A stretch of DNA of 64,000 bases from Octopus vulgaris (Eukaryota), in assembly GCA_951406725.2 (NCBI GenBank), contig OX597815.1, forward strand, positions 2,976,001 to 3,040,000, written 5' to 3'. The notes under the pieces were generated by a model, which saw nothing but the letters and a program-made list of their open reading frames with translations, was not told the origin of the DNA and made no database searches. Below, piece by piece: positions 12,621-25,525 of this stretch (position 1 is the stretch's first letter; every line of letters starts with the position of its first letter). A program made the position numbers and the translations under genes.

Positions 12621-14695
12621 TCTTTATAAAAGTGTGTAGTTTAAATAAAAAAAATTAAGCAGAACCTAGACCCCCTCCACACACACACACACCTACCCCC
12701 CCCCCCCCCCACACTAGAAGCTGGCGTGAGTTCTTTGTTTGAACTAAATTCCATATCATTAGCAACATTTGTTTGAAAATGTAGAAAATGATAGGCGGGG
12801 AGGGGGGGTGAAGTTTGAGTTTTCTTCTCCCCTTTTTTTCTCCTGCCAAGCTCCCAAGCAAACTGTCTATTAGTGAGAATTCAAAGTTTACCGTTCATGT
12901 CCAACTGACACTCACAAGACCGAAAATAAAAACAAAACAAATAGCATTTAAATAATCAAATAAAAACACACCAAAAACACTGTAAACAAAACAGCCCCCA
13001 AATTATGAGCTCCCTTGGTCAATTATTATCCCAGCAGTTTGTTTAACTCTATCCAGTTATCTCCCTTCTCTGCAGCCCTTTTAGTGCTCTCCTGTTTTTT
13101 TGTTTTGTTTTATTTTGTTTTTATTCATCTCTTTTATTTGTTTCAGTCATTGGACTGTGGCCATGCTGGGGCACCACTTTAAAGAATTTTAGTCAAACAA
13201 TTTTGACCATAGTACTTGTTTTTTTTTAAGTCTGATGCTTATTGTATAGGTGTCTTTTGTTGGACTGCTAAGTTACTGGGATGTAAATAAACCAACAACG
13301 TTTGTCAAGTGATGGTGGAAGACAAACACTGGACATAAAGAGACACACGCACTCAGCATGGTCGATGCCAGTGCCACCTAACTGGCCCCTGTGCTGGTGG
13401 CACATAAAAAGCACCCACTATGCTCTCGGAGTGGTAGGCGTTAGGAAGGGCATCCAGCTGTAGAAACACTGCCAGATCAGATTGGAGCCTGGTGCAGCCT
13501 TCTTCATTTCCACTCCTCAGTCAAAACGTCCAACCCATGCCAGCATGGAAAGCAGACGTTATATGATGATGATGATGATATATATATGAAGTGGCTGTGT
13601 GGTAAGTAGCTTGCTTACCAACCACATGGTTCCGAGTTCAATCCCACTGCATGGCACCTTGGGCAAGTGTCTTCTACTATAGCCTTGGGCCGACTAAAGC
13701 CTTGAGTGTGGATTTGGTAGATGGAAACTGAAAGAAGCCCATCGTATATATATATGTATGTATATGTTTGTGTGTCTATGTTTGTCCACCCAACATCACT
13801 TGACAACCGATGCTGGTGAGTTTACATACCCGTAACCTAGCGGTTCAGCAAAGGAGACTGATAGAATAAGTACCAGGCTTACAAAATTTAAGTCCTGGGG
13901 TTGATTTGCTCAACTAAAGGTGGTGCTCCAACATGGCCACAGTCAAATGACTGAAGCAAATAAAAGAATATACATGTATGAGAGAGGACAAACAATGACC
14001 TATCAAATACCATACAACAAAAATTCTTGACTTATTAAATCTGTCTTCACTTCTGGCAATTAAATCCAGATCTACTTGAGAAGGGGAGATAATTCAAATA
14101 TTCTCTGCAACTGACCTGCCACCAAAGAAAGGGACAGGCTTACTTTTTTTTTTTTTGTTTAGAGTAAGAGGACAGTCGTGGATGCATGTTTCTGGCTCAG
14201 TAACCTTCATCAGATCACAATTATCCAACCTTATCTCAAGTAACCAAAGCACTTATATAAAACAAAAACAAAGTAAAAAAGAATGTATGGCTGAGGTAAT
14301 TTGCATAATCTGAACAAAAATGAGGCACAAGTCAGGTTATAAAATCTTGCCTAGCCAGGTGTCTCCATAGCAAGAAACTAATAGAAGCTCTTATCTTTGT
14401 ACATTGAATATTTTTCTCACACTGGATGTTTTTTTTTTTGTTTTCCTTACCTTAAAGGAACAGTAAACTATACACACACACTTGATGGGCTTCCCTAGAG
14501 TTTCCTTCTATCAAATCCACTCACTAGACATTGGTCAGCCTGGGCCTATAGTGAAAGGCATTTGCCCAAGTTGCCATGCCGTGGGATTGAAACCAGAACC
14601 CTGTGACTGCAAAGCAAACTTCTTAACCACCATGCAGCCATGCTTGCATTGATTTTTTTTTTTTTCATTTTTTTATGCAACATGTTTCAAATATA

Positions 14696-14838
14696 TACAT
14701 TATTTACATTTGATGGATATTTGTCCTCATCTTGTTTGTTGTTAACACATTTCGGCTGATATACCCTCCAGCCTTCATCAGGTGTCTTGGGGAAATTTCG
14801 AATCTGGGTTCTAATTCCTAGGGAATTTTTCAATGTTG

Positions 14839-14896
<58 letters not shown>

Positions 14897-15470
14897 CATT
14901 ATTGAGTGAGAGAGCAGTGCATGCCATCAAAGTGACACTGGGGTAAAATATACGAAGCCCAGTATACCCATCATGACTACCCGTCTGATAAGGGTACACC
15001 AGGCACATGCATCACAACCATATGTGCGCGACATGGTGATCTCATATCAAGATTAACAGTGCATGACCTTGCAGGTGGGGCCCAGTTGGAATTTTCTTCA
15101 GGTCGAGTAACCCATCCCACTCAAAAGGTCCCTGAATAAGGATTGTTTTAGGATATTGAATGAAACACCCATGTTTCCAGAGGTGAATTATCCAAACCTC
15201 CAAGAATTCCTCTCAACACATGGCTATGATGCTCCCCCACTACTTCTGCTCGTGATCAGATATGCACATATCATCAGCCACTAAGGGACATGCTCAACTG
15301 GTTTAAGGTCAAACAACTGACAAGCAAATCTGTGGTATTTGCTTGTATCCCATCTTTCATACCAAGACAAAACAATGTACATGATATTATTATTATTATT
15401 ATTATTACTGTCTGGAATTGAACTCGGAATCTTGGGGTTAGTAGCCTGCGCTCTTAACCACTATGCTATA
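14696..15470 (-). mobile_element. Hammerhead-SINE copy split by a ~480-bp insertion (~14900-15385) in its (AAT)n linker
   Basis: Tail with TCATCAG core at 14775-14781, head at ~15400-15470, unrelated repeat in between. Confidence 0.75.
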
Positions 15471-15584
15471 TTCCTCTTTAGCTGGAATATAAACTGGATA
15501 ACAATTGAACTCAGCAGAATGTCCTAAGGTACCTGTCCTCCTCCCTGTCCCTCCCTCCCCACAGCCACCCCCACCTCTTACATT

Positions 15585-16035
15585 CATTCACCTTCTTCAA
15601 CACCACTGATTAGTTGAAGGCCATGGCTCAGGGATTCCAGGACGGCCAGCACTACCACCTCCGGATACTTGATGTATGCTGCCATGTTGAGTGTGAGGCC
15701 ATGTGGGAAGATGAATGGAGGCATAATGTTGCCATCACTAGTGACCCAAACACCATGATGTTGACTGGATGTTTGATTTTTATCACTCTTGGTGCATGTC
15801 CCCAGATTGCACTGAAATGTTCATGTTGGAGCTTCCGGCGCAAATGCCAAGCAGTACAGGATGACTTTTCCAAACTTCTGGCAGGGTGAATTGCATCATG
15901 GGGCTGTTTTTCTCACAGACAGTGCCCAACTAACCCTACTATACTGTGCAGATGACAAAATCAAAAACACACAATGCGCATGCACAAAATAAAAAAAATA
16001 TGAAATAGTGATAAAATTACCCACCACATCATGTA
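15585..16035 (-). mobile_element. Deleted Tc1/mariner (maT/DD37D-like) transposon relic
   Basis: Minus strand KIKHPVNIMVFG/VTSDGNIMPPFIFPHGLTLN. Probable TIR end ...GATAAAATTACCCACCACATCATG followed by TA. Confidence 0.7.
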
Positions 16036-16279
16036 TATATCCATGTATATGTGTGTGTGTGTGTGTGTATACATATGTATGTGTATATGTATATATATAT
16101 ATGTGTGTGTATATATGAGTATATATATGTGTGTAAATATATATATCTGTGTGTGTGTGTATATATATGTGTGTGTATATATATATGTGTGTATATATAT
16201 ATATATATATACATCTATACCCATGATTATATAAATGCACGATGTATATATATATCCGAGTGTGCATGCTCATGCACTT

Positions 16280-16312
<33 letters not shown>

Positions 16313-17101
16313 CATATACGTATATGCATGCATGCATGCACACATGTGCTGCTGCTTGCCCCATAATCATCCATTAAAGCTGGTCAGTGAAGTGTGATGT
16401 TTGTGGCATTGCTCTTCACAAGTGGAAAACTGTCCGTTCAATTGCTACATAATTAGTGGACATTGTTTGGGGGTGAGGGTGGATGGCCGTGGTGGTGGTG
16501 GCAGACAGTCATAGCCATGACTGTGGTGATGGTGATGGCAGACTGGTTGTGGTGGTGGTGGTGGCCATGGACAGTTATGGTGGTGGTGTTGGTGGTGTTA
16601 GTTCTGGTAATTGTTGTGGTTATTGTGGTGTTTTGGTGTCGGCGGTGGTGTTAGGGGGTGTGATGCTGGTAGGAATGTGCTTCACCCTTCCCCAGGAGAA
16701 TTTACCTGTAGTTAGGTATAATAGTGTGTGTGTGTGTGTGTGGGGGGGCAACTAATCAAGGTGACCCCTGCAGTGACAGGTGTGTTTGCGAACATTGTGA
16801 TGGGGTAATGGGCATGTGTGTGTGTGTGTGTGACCCCCACCCCCGAATTGTAAGCGGGAGGAATACTCTCTCTCTCTCTCTCTCTCTCGCTTTACTCTTT
16901 TACTTGTTTCAGTCATTTGACTGTGGCCATGCTGGAGCGCCACCTTTAGTCCAGCAGATCGACCCCAGGACTTGTTTTTGTAAGCCTAGTACTTATTCTA
17001 TCGGTCTTTTTTGCCAAACCGCTAAGTTACGGGGACGTAAACACACCACCATCAGTTGTCAAGCGATGTTGGGGGGACACACAAACACACACACACACAT
17101 A

Positions 17102-17141
<40 letters not shown>

Positions 17142-17759
17142 TACGACAGGCTTCTTTCAGTGTCCGTTTACCAAATCCACTCACAAGGCTTTGGTCAGCC
17201 TGAGGTTATAGTAGAAGACACTTGCCCAAGGTGCACGCAGTGGGAATGAACCCAGAACCATGGGGTTGGTAAGCAAGCTACTTACCACACTGCCACTCCT
17301 GCACCTAATAATGTATATTTATGTGTGTGTGAGAGAGAGACCACTGTAGTAAGGGTGTGTGTGTTTATTCACCCAGTGAAGGGCCATGTCAACCAAAGCG
17401 GGGGGCTCGAATGTGTCTTCCTGATACGCTAGAATTTAGTGCCAAATCTCTCTCACGTCATACCTTACTACTTTAGAAAGGGAAGGAACACATTGTATAA
17501 TGTAGTCCGAGATAAACTATACCTGTAAAAGCGACAGGATGGTTACATCTATCATGCTTATGGTTATAGGTTTACGCAGCCAGGGCTGACCTAAGGTCCG
17601 GCAACAAAAACTACACCCCTTTCACCCACCCTCTTCTCTCTCTCCCCTTTGCCTTACACCTTCTCTTTCCCACCTGTCCTCCCTCCACCACTTCCTACTC
17701 ACTCTTCCTGTCTCATCCTCGATCCCCACCCTCATAGGGTTACTCCTGCGTGTGTGTGT

Positions 17760-17799
<40 letters not shown>

Positions 17800-18092
17800 A
17801 TCAAATGACCGACCAGGCTATCAGATGTTGCTACACATTGCTGGTCACAATGCGCTTCGCATTGTTTTTAGCCTTCAAATGACGCCACCCCGCTGGCTAA
17901 GCGAGCAGACCAAGAGAAGAAAGAGTGAGAGAAAGTTGTAGCGAAAGAGTTCAGCAGGGATCGCCCCTGCCGGAGCCTCGTGCAGCTTTAGGTATTTTCG
18001 CTCAATAAACACTCACAACTCCCAGTCTTGGAATCAAAACCGCAATCCTACAACTGCAAGTCTGCTGCCCTAACCACTGGGCCATTGCGCCA

Positions 18093-18153
<61 letters not shown>

Positions 18154-18156
18154 CAC

Positions 18157-18968
18157 ATACACAAATTAGTAAATAAAGGGCACAACTAAGTACCGATATT
18201 TACTGGAAATAGTGAACGTAAAAATACGACGCTAATGTGTAGCTTCACCGCGTATGTATTAGTAAAAATGCGTGTGTGCAACAAAATAGAGAAAAAAACC
18301 GTCTTACCTCCAGGGAGAACATCTGAAAGATGAAACACCCGGAAAATGGATAATGTGGTACCTACAGGTTTCAGGTTTTGCAAGATATGTCTCTCACCCA
18401 TATTTTGCTTTACCTTCTTCAGCCAAACATATACCAAGACGAAATCTACGATGTTACCACATTAATACTAACACACTCAACTGAAATACGGAACGCTAAC
18501 AGTACTTTTTACTGGAAGGCAATACTTTGTATTGCATTACTGATATTTTGAAACTTCTTCACCGTTTCTCGTACTGTTAGCGTTCCGTATTTCAGTCGAG
18601 TGTGTTAGTATTAATGTGGTAACATCGTAGATTTCGTCTTGGTATATGTTTGGCTGAAGAAGGTAAAGCAAAATATGGGTGAGAGACATATCTTGCAAAA
18701 CCTGAAACCTGTAGGTACCACATTATCCATTTTCCGGGTGTTTCATCTTTCAGATGTTCTCCCTGGAGGTAAGACGGTTTTTTTTCTCTATTTTGTTGCA
18801 CACACGCATTTTTGCTAATACATACGCGGTGAAGCTACACATTAGCGTCGTATTTTTACGTTCACTATTTCCAGTAAATATCGGTACTTAGTTGTGCCAT
18901 TTATTTACTAATTTGTGTATTTTTCCCTCACGGGCTACTTTTTACTGGAAGGCAATACTTTGTATTGC

Positions 18969-18970
<2 letters not shown>
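18157..18970 (+). mobile_element. Penelope-like pseudo-LTR/retrozyme unit with a 5' inverted copy
   Basis: ~350-bp inverted arms (18157-18505, 18571-18920). A ~35-bp direct repeat (TACTTTTT..ACTGGAAGGCAATACTTTGTATTGCAT) occurs at ~18503 and ~18936. Contains a hammerhead motif and is flanked by microsatellites. Confidence 0.75.
18651..18720 (+). ncRNA. Minimal type-I hammerhead ribozyme (mirror copy on - strand at ~18356-18425)
   Basis: TGG-CTGAAGA-AGG...CCT-GAAA-CCTGTAGG-TA^CCA. Stem I TGG/CCA, conserved core, long stem II closed by AGG/CCT, short self-complementary stem III, GUA cleavage triplet. Confidence 0.75.
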
Positions 18971-19000
<30 letters not shown>

Positions 19001-19515
19001 GTGTGTGTCTGTGTATATTAATGTAGGTGCTTAAGGTGATTTTTATGTGCGTGTAAGTATATAAACGTGTAGCTATGCATGGGTTTATGTCCTGATGTAT
19101 GCATGTGTGTATGTGGGAGAGAACTGAAGAGTGTGTGTGTGTGTGTATGCATGTTTATGTATTAATGTATGTGTGTGTAGGTGTACATTGATGCATGTGT
19201 ATGACAACTTTCCTGTATGTAAGCGTATAAATGTGTTGGTGTGTTTATATGCCTCAGTGTATATAACAGGTACGCGTGTGAATATCAGCATACAATCATT
19301 AGTTTGTGGCCATGCTGTGGCACTGCCTTGAAGAGTCTTTTGCCAGATGAATCAGCCTGGCACTTGTGTGTTTTTTTAAATTTTTTTTTTTAAGCCTGGT
19401 ACTTATTCTGTTAGTGTCTTTTGCTGAACCGCTAAGTCACAGGGATGTAAACACACCTACACTCGTTGTCAAGCGGTGGTGAAGAACAAATAGTCACCAA
19501 GATACATACAGATGA

Positions 19516-19601
<86 letters not shown>

Positions 19602-20439
19602 ATGAGTATATATATATATATACATGTGTGTGTGTGTATGTAGATATATGTATATATAGATGGGTGTGTGTATGTATATATGTATATTATTATTATGAGG
19701 AAATATATATATACATACATACCTACACACACACATATGTGTGTGTGTATATACATGATGGGCTTCTTTCAGCTTCCATCTCCCAAATCCACTCTGAAGG
19801 CTTTTGTCGGCCTGAGGCTATAGTAGAAGACACTTGCCCAAGGTGCCACGCAGTGGGACTGAACCCGCAACCACGTGGCTGGGAAGCCAGCTTCTTACCG
19901 CTCGGCCACGCCTGTCTATGTACTTGAGTAAAGAGAATGAATGTGCGAGAAATATGAAAAGAGTTGCTGTGGGTTTAGACTGGATGGTGTAACATTGGTT
20001 GGCGGGGGGGGGACGGGGGGGACACACAGTTGTCATCCTTCTTGGCCTGCATCATCTCTCTTCCTCCTCCTCCTCCAAATAGCCACCACCATCCACCATC
20101 ACCGGCACCATCATCTCCTGACCACTCAACACTTCCGCCCCTATTCCAGAGCGGTGTGCACCAGAGTCGTTAACATCTAATTATGGCATGGCAATGCACA
20201 GACACACACACACACACACACACATGCACACTTGCACATGCATACATGCACATGCATGTACGTACGCACGCATGTCGGTCAATGCAATTGCTCATTCATG
20301 CCTAATGTTTACGTTGCTGACCAGCGATGGCACATCGTCTTCAATTTAACCAGCATCCTGTTTAACAGACCACTGGTCACCTGTAAATATCAGCAGAGTT
20401 ATATACACTCCCCACACCACATGGGAATACGCCTGCGTG

Positions 20440-20537
20440 CATGTATGCAAGTGTTTATGTTTGTGTGTGTGTATATATATGTATGTATATATATATATAG
20501 ATATATATATATATTTATGTATATATATATATTTATG

Positions 20538-20573
<36 letters not shown>

Positions 20574-21062
20574 CATGTGCATATATGCATGTATATGTAT
20601 GCATGTATATGTATGCATATATATGTATATATATATGCATGTGTATATATGTATGTGTATATATATGTATATATATATATTTATATATATATGTATGTGT
20701 ATATATATGTGTATATATATGTATATATATATATATATGTGTATATATATATATATATATTGTGTATATATATATTTATATATATGTATGTGTATATATA
20801 TGCATGTATATATATGTATGTGTATATATATGTATATATATGTATGTGTATATATATGTATATATATGTATGTGTATATATATGTATATATATGTATGTG
20901 TATATATATGTATATATATGTATGTGTATATATATATATATATGTGTATATATGTATGTGTATATATGTATGTATATATATGTATGTGTATATATATGTA
21001 TATATATATGTGTATATATATGTATATATATATATATGTGTATATATATGTATATATATGTG

Positions 21063-21095
<33 letters not shown>

Positions 21096-21760
21096 GTGTA
21101 TATATGTATGTATATATGTGTATATATGTATGTATATACATGTATATATGTATATAGATGTATATATGTATATAGATGTATATATGTTTGTATATACATG
21201 TATATATGTTTGTATATACATGTATGTATGTATGTGTATATGTATGTATGTATGTGTATATATATGTATGTATGTGTATATATATGTATATACATGTATA
21301 TATGTTTGTATATACATACATGTATGTATGTATGTGTATGAATATGTATGTATGTATATGTGTATATATAATATATATATATGTATGTATGCCTCTACAT
21401 GTGTATGTATGTATATGAGTGGCTATATATAGATGTATGTATATATATATATATATATATATGTGTGTATATACATATGTATATATATGTATATAAATGT
21501 GTGTGTATGTATGTGTATATATATATATATATGTATTTTACGCATTTCAGTCATTTGGCTGCCATGGTGGGGCACTGCCTTCAGTTGTGTGTATATATAT
21601 ATATATATATATTTGTGTGTGTATGTATGTATGTCTCTATATATACCTGTGTATCTATATATGCGCATTTATATGTATATACATGTATGTATGTGTACAT
21701 GCATTTTTGTGTACATGTGTGTGTGCATGTGTGCATGTCACACACACACACACACACACA
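20440..21760. repeat. ~1.3-kb compound (TA)n/(TG)n microsatellite field
   Basis: Directly visible. Similar fields at ~16030-16345, ~19505-19755 and ~47148-48700. Confidence 0.97.
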
Positions 21761-22392
21761 CACTATCCATAACTCTTCCTAATTCCACTCAGCATCCTTC
21801 ACAGTCTTCTCTCTCTCTTCTCCAAACTCATCATTAATAATCGAATGTTTTCAAGAGCATCTTCGTTGTGTGCCATATTTATCACTATTACCAAATATGC
21901 ACACACACACACACGCACTGGATTCTGTGTGTGAGTGTGTGTCTGCATATCTGCGTACGTTACCATACATCTCTATACACAGTGGACGATGTATGGGTCT
22001 GTATGTGTTTGTGTCTTATTCAGTATGTGTGTGTGTGCATGGGGTGGGTTGTTTGTTGTGGGGGTGATGCATACTTGCTACCATGTTTGTTGTTTTTGCT
22101 GTTGTTGTTGCTACCTTTGTAAAGAAATAAAAATGTTAGATGCACAATTGTCGCAGAAAGTCCTGTAAATTATCACCCGTTCTCAATATTGTTATTGTTG
22201 CTGCTGCTGTCCATTGTTGTTCTGTAAAGGAATGAAGTTTTGTATTTCTTACGCAGCTCAACTAAACGAGACAATTATAATGGACCGGATACACAGCGTT
22301 TATACACAGTGTTGTCAAATGTTTGAAGAAACCTCCCCTAAAACTGGCCCTTTAATAATAATAATAGTAATAATAATAATAATAATAATAAA

Positions 22393-22830
22393 ATCGATAT
22401 AAACGTATCTGTCAAGACCTACCAAAAACTGAGCAAATATACAGATCTTGAAATAGAAATCAGCAAAATGTGGAACCTGAAGACTAAAACAATACCTGTT
22501 GTCATAGGTGCCCTGGGAATAATAGCAAAAGGGGGTAATTGCTACCTAACTCAAATACCAGGAAACCCCAAAATGACAGAAATTCAAAAGATAGTGATCA
22601 TGGGAACTGACCATATCCTACACAAAATACTTTCTTTGTAATCTTAAGTTTTAAAACAAACATAATTTTCTTATGGTTTCTTAAACATTCTCTAGAACAA
22701 CACAATGTACAAAACCAAATATATGGCACCCTAGGCAAAACACCAGCATAAACTTCCAACTTGTCTCTTGAGGTCCCTGGGTGAGACTTGGAGCCAACTT
22801 GTACAAATGTAAAGCAAAAGTCAAACTTAG
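22393..22830 (+). mobile_element. R4/Dong-clade (restriction-like endonuclease) LINE 3' end inserted in (AAT)n
   Basis: 22393-22641 translates IDINVSVKTYQKLSKYTDLEIEISKMWNLKTKTIPVVIGALG...IQKIVIMGTDHILHKILSL*. (AAT)n on both flanks. Confidence 0.87.
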
Positions 22831-23814
22831 AATAATAATAATAATAATAATAATAATGGTTTCAAATTTTTCTACAACTGCAGCAATTTTTGTGGGGAGG
22901 GGATGAGTCAGTTACATAGACACCCAGTGTTCAACTGGTACTTAATTTATCGACCCTAAAAGGATGAAATGCAAAATCAACCTCAGCAGAATTTGAACAC
23001 AGAACATAACAATGGATGAAATGCAACGAAGCATTTCACCCAGCCTGCTAATGCTTCTGCCAGCTCCCCACCTTAATAATAATAATAATAATAATAATAA
23101 TAGTCCTTTCTACTAAAGGCATAAGGACAGCAAGTTCAATGTAGGGGCTAGTCAATTACATCGACCCCAGTGTGTAACCCTGAAAGGATGGAAAGCAAAG
23201 TTGACCTCTGCAAAATTTGAACTCCAAACATAGCAGCAGACGAAATACTGCTACGCATTTCGCCCAGGGTTCTAACAATTCTGCTTGCTCACCGTCCTAA
23301 TAATAATAATAATGATCCCTTCTATTATAGGTGCAAGGCCTGGATTTTGTGGGGAGAGGGATAGTCAATCATATTGACCCCGGTACTCAACTGGTACTTA
23401 ATTTATCAACCCTGAAAGGACGAAAAGCAAAGTCGACCTCAGTGGAATTTGAACTCAGAATGTAGTGATAGCCAGAATACCTCAAAGCATTTCACCAGGT
23501 GTGCTAACGATTTTGCCAGCTCACCACCTTAATGATGATGATAATTGTTTTTGTTTGCCACAAAGAGGGTCTCTTTAAACTTGGCTGAGAATCCCCTAGA
23601 AATAATAATGTCTTGATAAAAACACCAGTGGTTATGACATGTCAAATAAGAAATGTTGTTACACTTTATTCATGAGACTGAAACCCCCAGTAAAAGCCTC
23701 ACCTACGGCGAGTGTCCCTTCTATAAAGCAGGGTGGACTGCTACAAAGTTCAGGAGACAATGGTCTCAAAATGATAATACTAGGACTGTGATGGAATTCA
23801 AATGTGACCGATGC

Positions 23815-24258
23815 CAGCGCTGCCTTGACTGGCTTCTGTTCCGGTGGCACGTAACCTGCCGTGCTTGAGGAGACCTATTGAGTCAAGTACAACAACATCA
23901 AAATAAAAATCAAATGGAAATTGTAGTTGTGATAACTGTGCCGGTGGCACATAAAAAGCACCATCCGAACGTGACCAATGCCAGCTCCGCCTTGACTGGC
24001 TTCTGTGCCGGTGGCACGTAAAAAGCACCAACCGATTGTGGCTGCAGCCAGCCTCCTCTGGCACCTGTGCCGGTGGCACGTAAAAAGCACCCGCTACACT
24101 CAGGAAGTGGTTGGTGTTAGGAAGGGCATCCAGCTGTAGAAACACTACCAGATCAGATTGGAGTCTGGTGCAGCCTTCTGGCTTCCCAGAACCCGGTTGA
24201 ACCATCCAACCCATGCCAGCATGGAAAACAGACGTTAAATGATGATGTTGATGATGAT
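23815..24258 (+). mobile_element. Representative of the most abundant repeat: RTE LINE 3' UTR ending in (GAT)n
   Basis: Internal ~60-bp subrepeats (TGTGCCGGTGGCACGTAAAAAGCACC) and terminus GCATGGAAAACGGACGTTAAACGATGATG. More than 20 5'-truncated copies on both strands, e.g. ~205-630, ~11535-11862, ~37250-37645, ~39485-39950(-), ~46040-46412, ~53235-53585, ~62665-62965(-). Confidence 0.88.
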
Positions 24259-24259
24259 C

Positions 24260-24500
24260 CTTCCAAATTTGAATGCAGGGAAAATATGGACCAGGATCTA
24301 GCCAGAACAACGAAGAGATTGTGAAGAACAAAAACGACAATTATTTTGTATGGTAATTGGTGTACATGGCACAGCATCCAGACTGCTGCCTAAGAGACTG
24401 AAAGATACTGGAATTGAGATTCCCATTGGTCAGCCTGCAGAAAGGAGACATTCTATTTTCTGCAAGAGCCTTAAGAAATATTCTTCAGATTGAGAAGACT
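24260..24500 (+). mobile_element. Degenerate R4-like RLE LINE 3' fragment
   Basis: Frameshifted KY..DLA...KRL...VIG.HG...LQK..IL.SARALRNIL pattern. Confidence 0.5.
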
Positions 24501-25282
24501 TGTCACCAACCCTGACAATAACCATAATAATTGAATTCACATGTAATAGCTTTGTTATTATCATTATTATTATTATTGTTAATGTGGTGAGCTGGCAGAA
24601 ACGTTAGTGTGCCGGGCGAAATGCTTAGCGGTATTTCATTTGCCGTTACATTCTGAGTTCAAATTTAGTCAAGGTCAACTTTGCCTTTCATCCTTTCAGG
24701 GTCAATAAGTTAAGTACCAGTTACGCACTGGGGTTTATATAATCGACTTAATCCCTTTGTCTGTCCTTGTTTGTCCCCTCCATGTTTAGCCCCTTGTGGG
24801 CAATAAAGAAACAAGAATCGTTAGTATGCCAGGCAGAAGGCTTAGTGTTATTTCGTCTGCTGCTACGTTCTGAGTTCAAATTATGCCAAGAACAACTTTG
24901 CCTTTGATCCTCTCGAGGTTGATAAATTAAGTACCAGTTGAGTACTGGGGATCATTTTCATTTACTTAACCTCTCCCCCAAAATGGCTGCCCTTGTGGAA
25001 AAATTTGAAGCTGTTATTATTATTATCATTATTATTATTTATTATAATAAAGACAGCAAACTGGCAGAATTGTTAGCACGCCAGGCAAAATGATTATCGG
25101 TATTTCATCTGTCTTTATGTTCTGAGTCCAAATTCTGCTGGGGTCAACTTTGCCTTTTATCCTTTTGGGGTCAATAAAATAAGTACCAGTTGTGTACTGG
25201 GGTCACTGTCATCAGCTAGTCCCCCTCCTCTAAAATGGCTGCCCTTGTGGTAAAATTTGAAACCATTGCTATTATTATTATT

Positions 25283-25525
25283 ATCAGGTGTCTTGGGCAT
25301 ATGGCGTAGTGGTTAACAGCACGGGCTTCTAACCCCAAGATTCCACGTTCAATTCCAGGCAGTGACCTGAATAATAATAATAATATCGAAAAATACCTTA
25401 GGAATGAGAACCCAGGTTTGAAATTTCCCCAAGACACCTGACGAAGGCTGGAGATTATATCAGCCGAAACATTGAGTTAACAACAAACAAGATGAGGACA
25501 AATATCCATCAAATGTAAATAATGA
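25283..25525 (+). mobile_element. tRNA-headed SINE-like element carrying a hammerhead motif (25433-25478)
   Basis: A box TGGCGTAGTGG, B box GTTCAATTCC, (AAT)n linker, then GACAC-CTGACGA-AGGCTG...CAGCC-GAAAC-ATT-GAGTT. The 5' end carries an inverted 15-nt piece of the ribozyme (ATCAGGTGTCTTGGG). Confidence 0.75.

Noticed and set aside
20232-21837. Many overlapping Y/I/C/V/M/H/T-rich ORFs (also at 12 kb, 16 kb, 27-28 kb, 33 kb, 47-48 kb)
   Set aside because: Microsatellite translation artefacts on both strands.
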